A stretch of 64,000 nucleotides of DNA from an uncultured delta proteobacterium (GCA_963745025.1 CAVUWD010000007.1:64001-128000); one strand, 5' to 3'. Numbered from the stretch's first letter, positions 23,878 through 36,520 are shown. Made by a program: numbers and translations. The notes: generated by a model from the sequence alone, not told the origin.

Positions 23878-26800
23878 ATGAAACGAAGGGTGCTCGACCA
23901 GTTCCAGGATCTGTCGGGCTGGGGCGCCGTCGCGTCGGGCCAGGCTGAGTTGCACATTTCGCAGGACCGAGGGCCCGACGGTGCGGCGATGCGCCTCGAC
24001 TTCGACTTCAAAGGTGGCGGCGGCTTCGTCGTCGCCCGGCACCTCTTTTCTGTGCCGCTTCCCGACGCTTATGCGTTCAGTTTCAACCTTCGGGGGGCAG
24101 CGCCGCGCAACAAGTTCGAGTTCAAGCTGGTCGACCCGACCGGCAAGAACGTGTGGCGCTATCAGCAAGAGGCGTTCGACTTCACGTCCGACTGGCAACC
24201 GCTACTGATTCGCAGCAGTCAGATCGAGTTCGCTTGGGGACCCGCGGGAGGCGGGCGCATGACGGAAGTTGGAGCGATCGAGTTCGTCATCACCGCCGGT
24301 CCGGTGGGCAAGGGCACCGTCTGGATCGGCGATCTGCAGTTCGAAGATCGGAGCTTCGCGTCGCAGCCCGTCGTCACGGCATCGAGCGCCGCGTCCGGCC
24401 ATGAGCCACGCTGTGCGGTCGATCGACGGCGCGAATCCAGCTGGCGCAGCACACCCTCCGTCGATCCACAGTGGTTGCTCATGGACCTCGAGGAGGAACA
24501 CGAATACGGCGGCTTGATCATTGATTGGGATCCGGCAGCGCCGGTGCGCCGCTTTGCGGTGCAGACGTCGAACGACGCAGCCACGTGGAAGACAGTCTAC
24601 TCGGCGCAGCGCGCCGCCGTGACGCGGAACTACGTGTATTTGCGCGGCGGCAGCTCGCGCTATATCCGCCTCGATCTCGACGCGGCCGACGCGCAGCGGG
24701 GCGTCGGCATCGTCAACGCGCAGCTCGAGCCCTACGAGTTCTCGCGCTCCATCAACGAGTTCTTCCACAACGTCGCCGCGGGCGAGCCGCGCGGGCGCTA
24801 CCCGAAGTACCTGTGCCGGCAGCAGACGTACTGGTCCCCGGTCGGCATTCCGAACGGCGTCACTCGGGCGCTGCTCAACGAAGAGGGCATGGTCGAAGTT
24901 GACGAAGGGACGTTCTCGATCGAACCCTTCCTCTGGGTGGATGGCAGGCTGATCACCTGGGCCGATGCGGCGCCGGCGCAGCAGCTAGAGGACGAGTACC
25001 TGCCGATCCCGTCGTCGGTGTGGCGCTGCGATGACGTCCTGCTCAGCATCACCGCCTTTGCGACCGGCAAATCGGATGACGCGGTGCTCTATGTACGCTA
25101 TCGCGTCGAGCACAAGAGTGCCGCCAGCCGCGCGGTGCGCCTGTTCGCCGTGGTGCGCCCGTTCCAGGTGACGCCACCGTGGCAAAGCTTCCGTACCCTC
25201 GGCGGCGTCAGCCCGGTCCGCGACATTGCTTGTCGTCCCAATGCGATCTGGGTCAACCGCAGCAAGGCCGTCATTCCCCTGAGCCGCCCGAATCGATTCG
25301 GAGCGTCACCGTTCGACGAGGGGATCACGGAATGCCTCGAGGCTGGCGAACTGCCGGCGGCGGCCGATGTGCACGATGACTTTGGCTATGCGTCGGGCGC
25401 GCTGTGCTACGACCTGGACATCGTGCCCGGCATTGCCCAGGACGTCTATCTGGCGATCCCGTTCGGTGCACGCGCCGACACCCACGACGCGCCGCTGCTG
25501 CCGGCAGGGATCAGCGGCGCCGAGCAGTTCGATGCCGCCGTGCGCGAGTGGCGGGACACACTGGCAGCAGTGGACATTCGCCTGCCGGCGGCCCGCGCCG
25601 CTATCGACACGCTGAAGACCGCCGCGGCGCACATCCTGATCAATCGCGACGGGCCCGCGTTGCAACCGGGCCCGCGGCGCTACACGCGATCCTGGATCCG
25701 CGACGGCGCCATCATGGGAGCCGCCTTGTTGCGTGTCGGCTGTCGCGACGCCATGCGCGAGTTCATCCGCTGGTATGCCCCGTATCAGCGCGATGACGGC
25801 TTCGTTCCCTGCTCTGTCGATCGCGACGGGCCGGACTGGCTCGTCGAGCACGACAGCCACGGCCAGCTCGTCTACGCCGTCATGGAGGATTTTCGCTTCA
25901 CCGGCGATCGCGCCTTTCTGGCCGAGATGTGGCCCTCCGTGATCAAGGCGGCCGACTGCATCGAAGGCTTGCGGAACCTGCGGCTGACGCCGGAGTTTCA
26001 GAGCGCGAACAAGCGCGCCTGCTACGGTCTGCTGCCCGAGTCGGCCAGCCACGAAGGGTATCTGGCGCATCCGGTGCACTCGTACTGGGACGACTTCTGG
26101 GCATTGCGCGGCCTCAAGGATGCCGCGGCCATGGCCGAGATCCTGGGTGATCCGGTGCAAGCACGGCGGCTCGCTGCCCTGCGCGACGACCTCGCAGCAA
26201 CCTTGTATGCCTCGATTCGCACCACCATCGCCACGCGGCAGCTGAACTATATTCCGGGGTCTGTCGAGTGGGCCGATTTCGACCCGACGGCCACGGCCAA
26301 CGCCATCGCCATGCTCGACGAGTCGGCGAACCTGCCGGCGGACGCCGTCAATTGGATGTTCGAGGAGTACTTAGCTGGTGTCCGGAAGAAGCGCGCCGGC
26401 GAGGTCGATTGGGCGAACTACACGGCCTACGAGATTCGCATCATCGGCGCGCTGGTGCGTCTCGGCAAGCGGCAGAGCGCCCTGGAGCTGCTCGACTTCT
26501 TCCTCTCCGACCGCCGCCCCCTGCCGTGGAATCAATGGCCCGAGATTTCATGGCGTGATCCGACGAGTCCCGGTCACCTTGGCGACGTGCCGCACACATG
26601 GATCGGTGCAGAATACATCCTGTCGCTTTTGAGCATGTTCGCCTTCGAGCGCGAGGCCGATCAGTCGCTGGTCATCGGTGCGGGCTTGCGGTCCGAGTGG
26701 TTGAACGCCGCCGGTGCAGTGCAGGTGCGCGGCCTCCCGACGTGGTATGGGGCAGTGAACTTCACGCTGCAACGCGAGAGCACGGGGAGCCTGCGGTTGC

Positions 26801-26961
26801 AGCTCGACGGCGACCTCACCATGCCCCGCGGCAAGATCGTCGCTCGCCCCCCACTCGATAGGGCGCTGCAAGAGGTGCTCGTGAACGGCAAGCCGACGCG
26901 CAACTTCACGGCCGATGAGGTCGTGATCGACGAGCTCCCCGCCGACGTCGTGATGCGGTAG
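23878..26961 (+). CDS. Discoidin (F5/8C) domain plus (alpha/alpha)6-barrel glycoside hydrolase-like protein
   Basis: CBM-like N-term, AVD..SSWRS..QWL.MDL F5/8C, LQPGPRRYTRSWIRDG, EHDSHG, SHEGY..HSYWDDFW, GDVPHTW. Confidence 0.75.
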   Translation: MKRRVLDQFQDLSGWGAVASGQAELHISQDRGPDGAAMRLDFDFKGGGGFVVARHLFSVPLPDAYAFSFNLRGAAPRNKFEFKLVDPTGKNVWRYQQEAFDFTSDWQPLLIRSSQIEFAWGPAGGGRMTEVGAIEFVITAGPVGKGTVWIGDLQFEDRSFASQPVVTASSAASGHEPRCAVDRRRESSWRSTPSVDPQWLLMDLEEEHEYGGLIIDWDPAAPVRRFAVQTSNDAATWKTVYSAQRAAVTRNYVYLRGGSSRYIRLDLDAADAQRGVGIVNAQLEPYEFSRSINEFFHNVAAGEPRGRYPKYLCRQQTYWSPVGIPNGVTRALLNEEGMVEVDEGTFSIEPFLWVDGRLITWADAAPAQQLEDEYLPIPSSVWRCDDVLLSITAFATGKSDDAVLYVRYRVEHKSAASRAVRLFAVVRPFQVTPPWQSFRTLGGVSPVRDIACRPNAIWVNRSKAVIPLSRPNRFGASPFDEGITECLEAGELPAAADVHDDFGYASGALCYDLDIVPGIAQDVYLAIPFGARADTHDAPLLPAGISGAEQFDAAVREWRDTLAAVDIRLPAARAAIDTLKTAAAHILINRDGPALQPGPRRYTRSWIRDGAIMGAALLRVGCRDAMREFIRWYAPYQRDDGFVPCSVDRDGPDWLVEHDSHGQLVYAVMEDFRFTGDRAFLAEMWPSVIKAADCIEGLRNLRLTPEFQSANKRACYGLLPESASHEGYLAHPVHSYWDDFWALRGLKDAAAMAEILGDPVQARRLAALRDDLAATLYASIRTTIATRQLNYIPGSVEWADFDPTATANAIAMLDESANLPADAVNWMFEEYLAGVRKKRAGEVDWANYTAYEIRIIGALVRLGKRQSALELLDFFLSDRRPLPWNQWPEISWRDPTSPGHLGDVPHTWIGAEYILSLLSMFAFEREADQSLVIGAGLRSEWLNAAGAVQVRGLPTWYGAVNFTLQRESTGSLRLQLDGDLTMPRGKIVARPPLDRALQEVLVNGKPTRNFTADEVVIDELPADVVMR

Positions 26962-27018
26962 CATCCCCTCGCCGGGAACGGCGATCTGCCGACACGGCCC
27001 CGACCTCGGAGGAACGCG

Positions 27019-30000
27019 ATGACGTCTCAGATTTTTCCGGCCCATGTGGAGAGCCCGTCGGGCCTCAGCGTGCAGGTGAGCGCGAACGGCTCGGTCCGCC
27101 GCATGGATCACGGCGACATCATTCTCAACCTGTTCCTGGGAACCGAGATCGAGGGTGGCCCGGCCAACATCTACCTCCGCCGGCACGACGCCTCGATCGA
27201 GTCGATCCCGCTGCTGGGCCCCCGCAGTCCCGCGGCCGTGCGTGTCGACGAGCGCGGTCTCCGCCTCGACGGTGAGTGGAAGCACGTGCGCTTCCATGTC
27301 GCGCTCGTCCTGGCACAGTCGACGGCCGCGTGGCTGTGGCATGTGACGCTGGAGAATACGGGGGACACCGCCGCCTCGGTTGATCTCATCTACGCGCAGG
27401 ATCTGGCCCTCGCGCACTACGGGGCCGTGCGCATGAACGAGTACTACGTCAGCCAGTACATCGACTACACACCACTGACCCATGCGCGCTGCGGCACCGT
27501 GCTCGCCGTCCGCCAGAACCTGTCGATGGGCGGGCGTTACCCGTGGGCGGTGATCGGTTCGCTGGGGCACGCTGTCAGCTTCGCCACCGACGCATTGCAG
27601 TTCCATGGCGTAGCCGCGCGTGCCGGTGCGGTCGCCGAAGGACTGCAGGCCGCAGTGCTCCCGGGGACGCGGCAGCAACATGAGCACTCGATGGCGGTGA
27701 TCCAGGACGCCCAAGTGCGTCTCGACCCGGGCGCAAGGCTGCAGCGCGGCTTCTTCGGATGGTTCGAGGCGGACCATCCCGCCGCGTCATCGCCCGCCGA
27801 CCTCACGTTCGTCGACCAGGCATTGACGCTGCCGGAGGCCACGACTGCACCGGTGGCTGCATCGGACACGCTGTTCAGCGCCCGTCCGATCCTCGCCAGC
27901 CTTGATCTGAGCGACAGCGACATCGCCGGCGCGTTCGGGAAAGACTTGCGCGAGGTGGAGCGCGACAACGGCGGCGTCTTGTCGTTCTTCGCCGGCGCCA
28001 ATCGGCATGTGGTGCTCAAGGCCAAGGAGCTGCAGGTCCTGCGTCCCCACGGCCACCTGATTCGCAGCGGCGATCACCTGGTGCCGGACGAGGCGTCACT
28101 GACCTCCACGACGTGGATGGCGGGTGTGTTCCACTCGCTGCTGACGCAGGGGCATGTGAGCATCAACCGCCTGCTGTCGACCGCGCGGAGCTACCTGGGA
28201 CTGCTGCGCTCCGGTGGCCAGCGCATCTTCGTCGAGTTGGAGGACGGCTACCACCTGCTCGACGTCCCGTCAGCCTACGAGATGGCCCCGAACGGCTGTC
28301 GCTGGCTCTACAAGCACCGCGGCGGCGTGATCCAGGTGTGCAGCTGGGCCCCGGTCGATCATCACGCGCTGCACCTGTCGATCGAGGTGCTTGCGGGGGC
28401 GCCCTGCCGTTTCCTCATTGCGCATCACGTCGCGATCAACGGTGACGATGGCGCCGACGCGATCCCCGTCCACTTCACCCAGGATGGCGATGGCGTCGTC
28501 ATCCACCCGCCGGCCGATTCCGACGTCGGGCGCCGCTTCCCGCAGGGCTTCTACCGCATCGATGTGGGGGAGAGGGCGACCGTCGAGCGCGTTGGGGGTG
28601 ACGAGTTGCTCTTCGTCGACGGACGATCACGGCGCCAACCGTTCCTTACCGTGGTGACGACGAAGACCGCGTCCATACAGGTGCGGATCACGGGCCACTT
28701 GCTCCCCGTCGCGGATCTCCCCGGCCCCGGTCGCACGCCGCAATACGTAGCGGAGCAGGGCGCCGCCGAGCGGTTTTGGAACGGCCTGCTGGGGCCGCTG
28801 GTGCTGCGCCCGGCCAGTGAGGGCGATGCCGCCGATGGGGTTGAGCGACTGCAGGAAATCGTCCCCTGGTTTGCGCACAACGCCATGATTCACTACCTCG
28901 CCCCGCGCGGACTGGAGCAGTACTCCGGCGGCGGTTGGGGCACGCGCGACGTCTGCCAAGGTCCGGTCGAACTGCTGCTGGCGCTCGGCACATGGGCCCC
29001 GCTGCGCGATCTACTGCTGCGGGTGTTCCGGGCACAGAACCCCGACGGCGACTGGCCGCAATGGTTCATGTTCTTCGAGCGCGAGCGCAGCATTCGACCG
29101 TCCGATTCGCACGGCGACATTATTTTCTGGCCGCTGCTGGCGCTGGCCCAGTACATCATTGCAACGGACGACGTCTCGCTCCTCGACGAAGTGGTGCCCT
29201 TTTTTCATCCGCAGGGCGACGATCAGGCGGAGCAGGCGACCATCTGGGCGCACCTCGAACGCGCCCTCTCGGCGATCGCCGGGCGCCTCATCCCGGGGAC
29301 GCAGCTGGTGGCCTATGGCCACGGCGACTGGAACGACTCGCTGCAGCCGGTCGACCCGGCCATGTGCGAGCGGCTGTGCAGTGCCTGGACCGTCACCCTG
29401 CACTACCAGACGCTCACCACTCTTGCGGCGGCCTTGCAACGCATCGGTCGCGCCGCCGCGGCACAGCCGTTCACGGAGCAGGCGCAGCGCATCCGCGAGG
29501 ACTTCCAGCGGCTGTTGGTCGTCGATGGGACGCTCACGGGCTACGCGTATTTCCATGAAGACGGACGCATCGATTACCTGCTGCACCCAGGCGATCAGAC
29601 CACCGGCATCCGGTTCAGCCTGCTCCCGATGATCCACGCCATCATCAACGGCCTGCTGACGGTAGAGCAGGCACGCATGCATGTGGGACACATCAAGGGG
29701 CATCTGCTCGCGGTTGACGGGGCGCGCATGTTCGATCGTCCGTTCGACTATCACGGCGGCCCACAGCGCTACTTCCAGCGCGCCGAGAGCAGCACGTACT
29801 TCGGCCGGGAGATCGGCATCATGTACACGCACGCCCACTTGCGGTACGCCGAGGCGATGGCACGCTACGGCGATGCCGACGCCTTGTTTCTGGCGTTGCG
29901 CCAGGCAAACCCGTGCGACGTGCGGGCGGTCGTGTCCCCGGCGCGGCGGCGGCAGGCGAACTGCTACTACTCCAGCTCGGACGCGCAGTTCGCGGATCGG

Positions 30001-30402
30001 TACGAGGCCCTGGCGGCATACGCGAAAGTGCACACCGGCGAGGTTGCGTTCGAGGGCGGCTGGCGCGTGTATTCGAGTGGCGCGGGCATCGCGGTGCGCC
30101 TGATCCACGAGTGCTTGCTCGGCATCCGCAAGACGGCAGCCGTTCTCGTCATCGACCCGGTGATTCCCAAGGCGCTCGACGGGTTGTGCGCCGACATCGA
30201 GCTTGCCGGCAAGCCGGTGCAGGTGGTGTACCAGGTTGCCGCACTGGGCTTCGGCCCCACGGCGCTCACGCTCAACGGCACCGCGTTGCCGTTCGAGCGT
30301 GAGGAAAATCCGTATCGTACGGGTGGTGCGGCGGTGCCGATGGCGGTGCTGCGCCAGCTGCTCAGCGCCGCGGCCAACACATTGGAGGTGCAGCTGCAGT
30401 GA
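27019..30402 (+). CDS. GH94 glycoside phosphorylase, 1,2-beta-oligoglucan phosphorylase-like
   Basis: 1127 aa; NEYYVSQYID, GLEQYSGGGWGTRDVCQGP, DSHGDIIFW, YGHGDWNDSLQP, GREIGIMYTHAHLRY, GWRVYSSG. Confidence 0.85.
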   Translation: MTSQIFPAHVESPSGLSVQVSANGSVRRMDHGDIILNLFLGTEIEGGPANIYLRRHDASIESIPLLGPRSPAAVRVDERGLRLDGEWKHVRFHVALVLAQSTAAWLWHVTLENTGDTAASVDLIYAQDLALAHYGAVRMNEYYVSQYIDYTPLTHARCGTVLAVRQNLSMGGRYPWAVIGSLGHAVSFATDALQFHGVAARAGAVAEGLQAAVLPGTRQQHEHSMAVIQDAQVRLDPGARLQRGFFGWFEADHPAASSPADLTFVDQALTLPEATTAPVAASDTLFSARPILASLDLSDSDIAGAFGKDLREVERDNGGVLSFFAGANRHVVLKAKELQVLRPHGHLIRSGDHLVPDEASLTSTTWMAGVFHSLLTQGHVSINRLLSTARSYLGLLRSGGQRIFVELEDGYHLLDVPSAYEMAPNGCRWLYKHRGGVIQVCSWAPVDHHALHLSIEVLAGAPCRFLIAHHVAINGDDGADAIPVHFTQDGDGVVIHPPADSDVGRRFPQGFYRIDVGERATVERVGGDELLFVDGRSRRQPFLTVVTTKTASIQVRITGHLLPVADLPGPGRTPQYVAEQGAAERFWNGLLGPLVLRPASEGDAADGVERLQEIVPWFAHNAMIHYLAPRGLEQYSGGGWGTRDVCQGPVELLLALGTWAPLRDLLLRVFRAQNPDGDWPQWFMFFERERSIRPSDSHGDIIFWPLLALAQYIIATDDVSLLDEVVPFFHPQGDDQAEQATIWAHLERALSAIAGRLIPGTQLVAYGHGDWNDSLQPVDPAMCERLCSAWTVTLHYQTLTTLAAALQRIGRAAAAQPFTEQAQRIREDFQRLLVVDGTLTGYAYFHEDGRIDYLLHPGDQTTGIRFSLLPMIHAIINGLLTVEQARMHVGHIKGHLLAVDGARMFDRPFDYHGGPQRYFQRAESSTYFGREIGIMYTHAHLRYAEAMARYGDADALFLALRQANPCDVRAVVSPARRRQANCYYSSSDAQFADRYEALAAYAKVHTGEVAFEGGWRVYSSGAGIAVRLIHECLLGIRKTAAVLVIDPVIPKALDGLCADIELAGKPVQVVYQVAALGFGPTALTLNGTALPFEREENPYRTGGAAVPMAVLRQLLSAAANTLEVQLQ

Positions 30403-30524
30403 GCCTGGGCATTACGGAGCAGGCCGAGGGATAGTGTGCTCACGCGGAGGGCGGGGTGCGGCGGACGATGCGGACATGGGAGGTGAACTGCTTTGCGGCG
30501 CACAGGAGGAGGCGCAAGCGCTCG

Positions 30525-30965
30525 TCAGCAGGGCGCTGGCGGCAGCCATGGGATGAACGAGTGCCGGTCGGCATGGCTGAATTTGGCTCCGACGAATGCC
30601 CGCACGAGGTCCCAGGCTACGGCCGGTCCCACGGTACGGCCGCCCATACAGATGACGTTCATGTCGTCATCTTCGACTCCTTGCACGGCCGAGAAGTGGT
30701 CGTGAATGATCGCCGCACGGATGCCTGGAACCTTGTTGGCGCACACTGACGCGCCGACGCCGCTGCCGCAGATCGCGACGCCGCGCTCTACCTGCCCCGC
30801 CGCAACAGCCCGGGCGAAAGGAATGACAAAATCGGGATAGTCGTCGTCTGGATTCAAGGCATGGGCGCCGAAATCGATCACCTCATGCTCCGCCGCGCGC
30901 AGGTGTGCGACGAACTCCTCTTTCAAACCGAATCCGCCGTGGTCGGTGGCGATTCCCACACGCAT
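30525..30965 (-). CDS. rpiB: Ribose-5-phosphate isomerase B (C-terminus possibly replaced)
   Basis: IATDHGG..K, DDYPD, ICGSGVG, ANKVPGIRA, EDDDMNV; ends RHSFIPW.. instead of the usual RH.RR. Confidence 0.9.
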   Translation of the reverse strand: MRVGIATDHGGFGLKEEFVAHLRAAEHEVIDFGAHALNPDDDYPDFVIPFARAVAAGQVERGVAICGSGVGASVCANKVPGIRAAIIHDHFSAVQGVEDDDMNVICMGGRTVGPAVAWDLVRAFVGAKFSHADRHSFIPWLPPAPC

Positions 30966-30974
30966 ATCTTTCTC

Positions 30975-31688
30975 CTATTTTCTCTCATCTCGGTTCTGTC
31001 CGGGTCTTTCCGCCGCCGCACGGTCCGCGAGCACCAGAGCGTGGTCTTGACGCACTCGCCCGGCCGGAATCGATCCATCAGCCGCGCGCAGACGGGGCAA
31101 CATGGCGACTTTGTCCGCCCCGGTCACCAACCAGAGAATGCGCCGCGAGCGATTGAGCATCGGATACGTCAAGGTCATGCGGCGCCGTTTCATGTAGACA
31201 CCGGTCAGCGCGACATCCCGGTCGACGACGCTCAGCACGGGATCGTTGGGGATCAGAGACGCCGTGTGGCCGTCCGGCCCGAGCCCGAGATGCGCGAGGT
31301 CGAGCACCGGCGGTGTGCCGGCAATCGTTCCGAGTGTGCGCGCGTAGCTCCGGGCGGCGGCTTCGAGATCGGCGTCTTCGACCGGCATGGCGTGGATGTG
31401 CTCCGGCGGCAGCGGCGCGTGTTCCAGCAAGCTCTCGCGCAAGTGGGTGAGGTTACGGTCCGGATCGCCGGCGGGGGCGACGCGTTCGTCCACCTGGACC
31501 ACGTGCACACCTGCCCACGGCACGTCCTCGCCAGCGAGCGCACGCAGCATGACCCACGGCGTACGGCCGCCGCTGACCGCCACGATGAACCGCCCGCGCG
31601 CTGCCACGGCCGTACGGGCCTCGGCGGCAATCACTCTGGCGGCTTCCCTGGCGACGGCATCGGCGTCGGGGAGGATTCGAGTCTCCAC
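30975..31688 (-). CDS. pgl: 6-phosphogluconolactonase
   Basis: AVSGGRTP, DERV, LGLGPDGHTASL, RMTLT; GTG start with AGGAG RBS. Confidence 0.92.
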   Translation of the reverse strand: METRILPDADAVAREAARVIAAEARTAVAARGRFIVAVSGGRTPWVMLRALAGEDVPWAGVHVVQVDERVAPAGDPDRNLTHLRESLLEHAPLPPEHIHAMPVEDADLEAAARSYARTLGTIAGTPPVLDLAHLGLGPDGHTASLIPNDPVLSVVDRDVALTGVYMKRRRMTLTYPMLNRSRRILWLVTGADKVAMLPRLRAADGSIPAGRVRQDHALVLADRAAAERPGQNRDERK

Positions 31689-31819
31689 GTGGTGTCTCCT
31701 GTCAGATCGTTTCAACCCCGGCCCTCATCACTCAACACTTTCTCAAAACACCACCTGGCCGCGAAAACCGACGACCGTTGCGTTGTCGACGAAGCTCCCG
31801 GCGCTGGGACCTCGGATCT

Positions 31820-31897
31820 CGATGGGAAAATCTTCTTGTAGGCCAGGTCGCCTGTGGCTCCGAAGAAGACGAGGGCCTCAGAACGGGAAGCGTTCAT
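31820..31897 (-). pseudogene. zwf: Glucose-6-phosphate dehydrogenase N-terminal stub
   Basis: MNASRSEALVFFGATGDLAYKKIFP then unrelated sequence; sits between gnd and pgl as expected for zwf. Confidence 0.85.
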
Positions 31898-31906
31898 GGG
31901 GGCTCC

Positions 31907-32932
31907 TCACTTCCGGGGCTTTTCGACGTGCCCGCCAAATTGATAGCGCATCGCCGAGAGCAGCTTGTCCTGATAATCCGACTCACCGCGCGAATTGAAG
32001 CGTTGATAGAGCGCGGTGGAGAGCACCGGCACCGGCACGGCCTCGTCGATGGCCGCCTTGATCGTCCAGCGCCCTTCGCCGGAATCGGACACGCGACCAC
32101 CGAACTGTTTCAGATCTGGGTCTTCGACCAGTGCCGCGGCCGTCAGGTCGAGCAGCCAAGACGCCACGACACTGCCGCGCCGCCACACCTCGGTGATGTC
32201 GCGCAGGTTGAAGTCATACTGATACTGCTCGGGGTCACGAAGTGGCGTCGTCTCCGCATCCACCTCGTGTTCCCGCTTGCCGATGTTGGCACCGCGCAGA
32301 ATTCCGAGCCCTTCGGCGTATGCCGCCATGAGCCCGTACTCGATGCCGTTGTGCACCATCTTGACGAAGTGCCCGCCGCCGTTCGGCCCGCAGTGCAAGT
32401 ACCCTTGCTCCGCCGTGCCGCCGATCTTCTCGCGGCCGGGGGTGCGGGGAACTTCATCACCGCGGCCGGGCGCGAGCGTGACGAAAATCGGGTCGAGATG
32501 CTTCACGACCTCCGGCTCGCCGCCGATCATCATGCAATAGCCGCGCTCCAAGCCCCACACGCCACCGCTGGTGCCGACGTCGACGTAATGAACTTTCTTC
32601 GCGGCGAGCTCCTTCGCGCGACGGATGTCGTCCACGTAGTGCGAGTTGCCCCCGTCGATCAGGATGTCTCCCTTCTCGAGGAGAGGCAGGAGATCGGCGA
32701 TCGAGCCGTCCACGACGGCCGCCGGCACCATCAGCCACACCGCGCGTGGCTTCTGCAATTTCTTCACCAGATCGGCGAGCGACGCCGCGCCGACCGCCTT
32801 TTCTTTCACCAAGTCGTTCACTGCCTGCTTTGAGCGATCATAGACCACGCATTGATGACCATTCCTGACCAAACGACGAACCATGTTGGCACCCATTCTC
32901 CCCAGTCCGATCATGCCGAGTTGCATTGTCAT
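31907..32932 (-). CDS. gnd: 6-phosphogluconate dehydrogenase (decarboxylating, short type)
   Basis: [54 protein letters not shown]. Confidence 0.95.
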   Translation of the reverse strand: MTMQLGMIGLGRMGANMVRRLVRNGHQCVVYDRSKQAVNDLVKEKAVGAASLADLVKKLQKPRAVWLMVPAAVVDGSIADLLPLLEKGDILIDGGNSHYVDDIRRAKELAAKKVHYVDVGTSGGVWGLERGYCMMIGGEPEVVKHLDPIFVTLAPGRGDEVPRTPGREKIGGTAEQGYLHCGPNGGGHFVKMVHNGIEYGLMAAYAEGLGILRGANIGKREHEVDAETTPLRDPEQYQYDFNLRDITEVWRRGSVVASWLLDLTAAALVEDPDLKQFGGRVSDSGEGRWTIKAAIDEAVPVPVLSTALYQRFNSRGESDYQDKLLSAMRYQFGGHVEKPRK

Positions 32933-32989
32933 GCTCCTTCCATTTGGTTGTTTGTTTAATCGAGGTGCCGTGTTGTTCATGAGTGGTTA

Positions 32990-33281
32990 ATGATGCAGCC
33001 GACCTTGTCTCGACCACCGCGACGCGCGGCGGCCACGATCTTCTCGCAGTCCTGCCGGCGGTCCAGCCCCTCGATCTTCCACACGCCCGGCTCGACGCCG
33101 GCCTCCTGCAGTTGCTGGATCGTCTGCACCATCAGTCGTAGATCACGTGTTTGACTGCCGCGATCTCGGCGGTCTGTGCGGCAGTCAGATCGCCGTGCCA
33201 GCCCAACATCTTCGTCTGGAACGAGCCGCGGTGATCGGACGGCAGAATGTACAGTCGCTGGTCGAAGCCGGTGGTCTTCAT
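32990..33281 (-). pseudogene. DUF2090 (IolC-associated aldolase-like) gene collapsed by internal deletion and truncated
   Basis: [28 protein letters not shown] jumps directly to LMVQTIQQLQEAGVEP.VWKIEGLD..GCII. Confidence 0.7.
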
Positions 33282-33291
33282 GCCGCACCGT

Positions 33292-34915
<1,624 letters not shown>

Positions 34916-34919
<4 letters not shown>

Positions 34920-35281
34920 GATTTCTCTGCTTCCCTTTCCCAAAGTCGGAAGCCGCCGGGGAACGCGTTGGCGTTCTCGCCCAGCCGGCAGCCGAGCGGC
35001 AGCCTCGTCAGCTTCTTGGCGTTGCCTCCACCGAGCACGACCTCGTCGAGCAGGAGCGCGGAGACGAATCGCTTCGTGACTGCCGCGACGCGCTTCTGCC
35101 ATTTCTTTCTTCCCAGCCTCTTGAACCCGCGAATTCCGAGATCGTCCTCGAACGTCTTCTTGCCGACCACGGAGAACTCGTCGATATAGCGCTTCAGCGT
35201 CCCGCTATCGATGAGATCGCGTGTGATGTTGTCGAGCCAGAGACTCTGGCCCAGGTCGTGTAACAGCTTCGTCGCTTTCAT
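34916..35281 (-). pseudogene. In-frame deletion fusion: transaldolase N-terminus plus ROK/polyphosphate-glucokinase C-terminus
   Basis: [33 protein letters not shown] joined (~35170) to [39 protein letters not shown]. Confidence 0.8.
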
Positions 35282-35358
35282 CGGGTCACCTTTCTCTTCC
35301 GCATGATTTCGAATCGCGGCCGAGGAGCGGCGCGGGCCTTTCGTGGCGCATGACTGGT

Positions 35359-35958
35359 TCAGTCCCCGACATGGTGATCGTCGTTCCAGAGCCGAATCAC
35401 TGGCCGCGACAGGTCGTGCTCGTAGCCCACCGCGCTGAGGCTTGCCGTGGTCAGCATGAAATGTCTGCCGGGGGCCGAGGGGTCGGCTCCCAGCCAGCGC
35501 GCGGCCAGCACGCGGATGAAATGCCCGCTGGAAAACACCAGCGCGTTGCCCGCCACGGCGCGCAAACGGCTCACGACCCGATCCGCCCGCGCGCCGACCT
35601 GTGCCACCGATTCGCCGCCCGGGCACCCATCGCGAAAGAGTTGCCAGCCGGGTCGCTCCTTGAGGATGTCGGCGCTGGTTCGGCCCTCGTATTGACCGTA
35701 GTCCCACTCGACGAGATCACGGTCCACTTCGGCGACCGCGCCAAAGCCGGCGAGTTCACAGGTTCGCCGCGCGCGCTGGAGCGGGCTGGTGAACACCTTG
35801 GCGAAGGTCAGGCCTTTGAGTCGCTCGCCCAAGCGTCGGGCGTTGCGTTCCCCGCGCTCGGTCAGGGGCAAGTCCGTCAGGCCCGTATGCTGGCCCGTGA
35901 GGGTCCACGGCGTTTCGCCATGGCGCGCGAGATACACGATGGGCAGCGAGTCACTCAT
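35359..35958 (-). CDS. Histidine phosphatase family protein
   Basis: RHGET, HTG.TD.PLT, SPLQRA, EWDYG.YEG, PGGES; SSGH in place of the usual HG. Confidence 0.9.
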   Translation of the reverse strand: MSDSLPIVYLARHGETPWTLTGQHTGLTDLPLTERGERNARRLGERLKGLTFAKVFTSPLQRARRTCELAGFGAVAEVDRDLVEWDYGQYEGRTSADILKERPGWQLFRDGCPGGESVAQVGARADRVVSRLRAVAGNALVFSSGHFIRVLAARWLGADPSAPGRHFMLTTASLSAVGYEHDLSRPVIRLWNDDHHVGD

Positions 35959-36059
35959 GCGTTTGCCCCTCCGGGCCCAGCGGGCTTCTTCCCGCCGGTT
36001 TCAGCCTCTCTGGGTTGGCGGCCGAGCCGCACAACGCGGCGAGCAGTGTGGCTTCCATT

Positions 36060-36152
36060 TTCATTGTGTGTCCGCGGTTGGCTCGGGGTAAAAGTCGCTC
36101 AAGACCCAGTGGATGGCATCGAGCAGGGCCCGGTCATCCACGGGTTTGGAGT
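36060..36152 (-). pseudogene. Response-regulator receiver C-terminal sliver
   Basis: Manual translation KPVDDRALLDAIHWVLS..* on the minus strand. Confidence 0.5.
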
Positions 36153-36490
36153 TACCACGTATTCGAGATGACCGCACTGTGACTCATGTTTTCAGGTTCT
36201 GGCCCTGCCCGGATCGCGGCGGGTACTTTTTCGGATCGCCCGTCGGCGGGCCGTGCGACGCGGGGTGATCGATGCGGGCGGCGCCTCGCTTCGGTGGGGA
36301 TCCGGCGGCAGGGCAGATGCGAGCGTGACGGAGGTAGCGAGAGATCGACGACAGACCAACCACTCCGGAAACGGCAGATCGAGCGTCGTCTGCCGAATTT
36401 GCTCCTCCTCGTTGTGGAGGCCGCTTATCGCGGCTTCACACCCGACGCGGCGTTCCTTGCGCCGACAGAAACACCACCATCGCGAGCCGG

Positions 36491-36520
36491 TTGACGAGCG
36501 CCTTGTGCGCGCCGTAGAAA
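36491..36520 (+). promoter_or_regulatory. Possible sigma70 promoter for the MscS gene
   Basis: TTGACG-18 nt-TAGAAA about 100 bp upstream of ATG. Confidence 0.25.
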
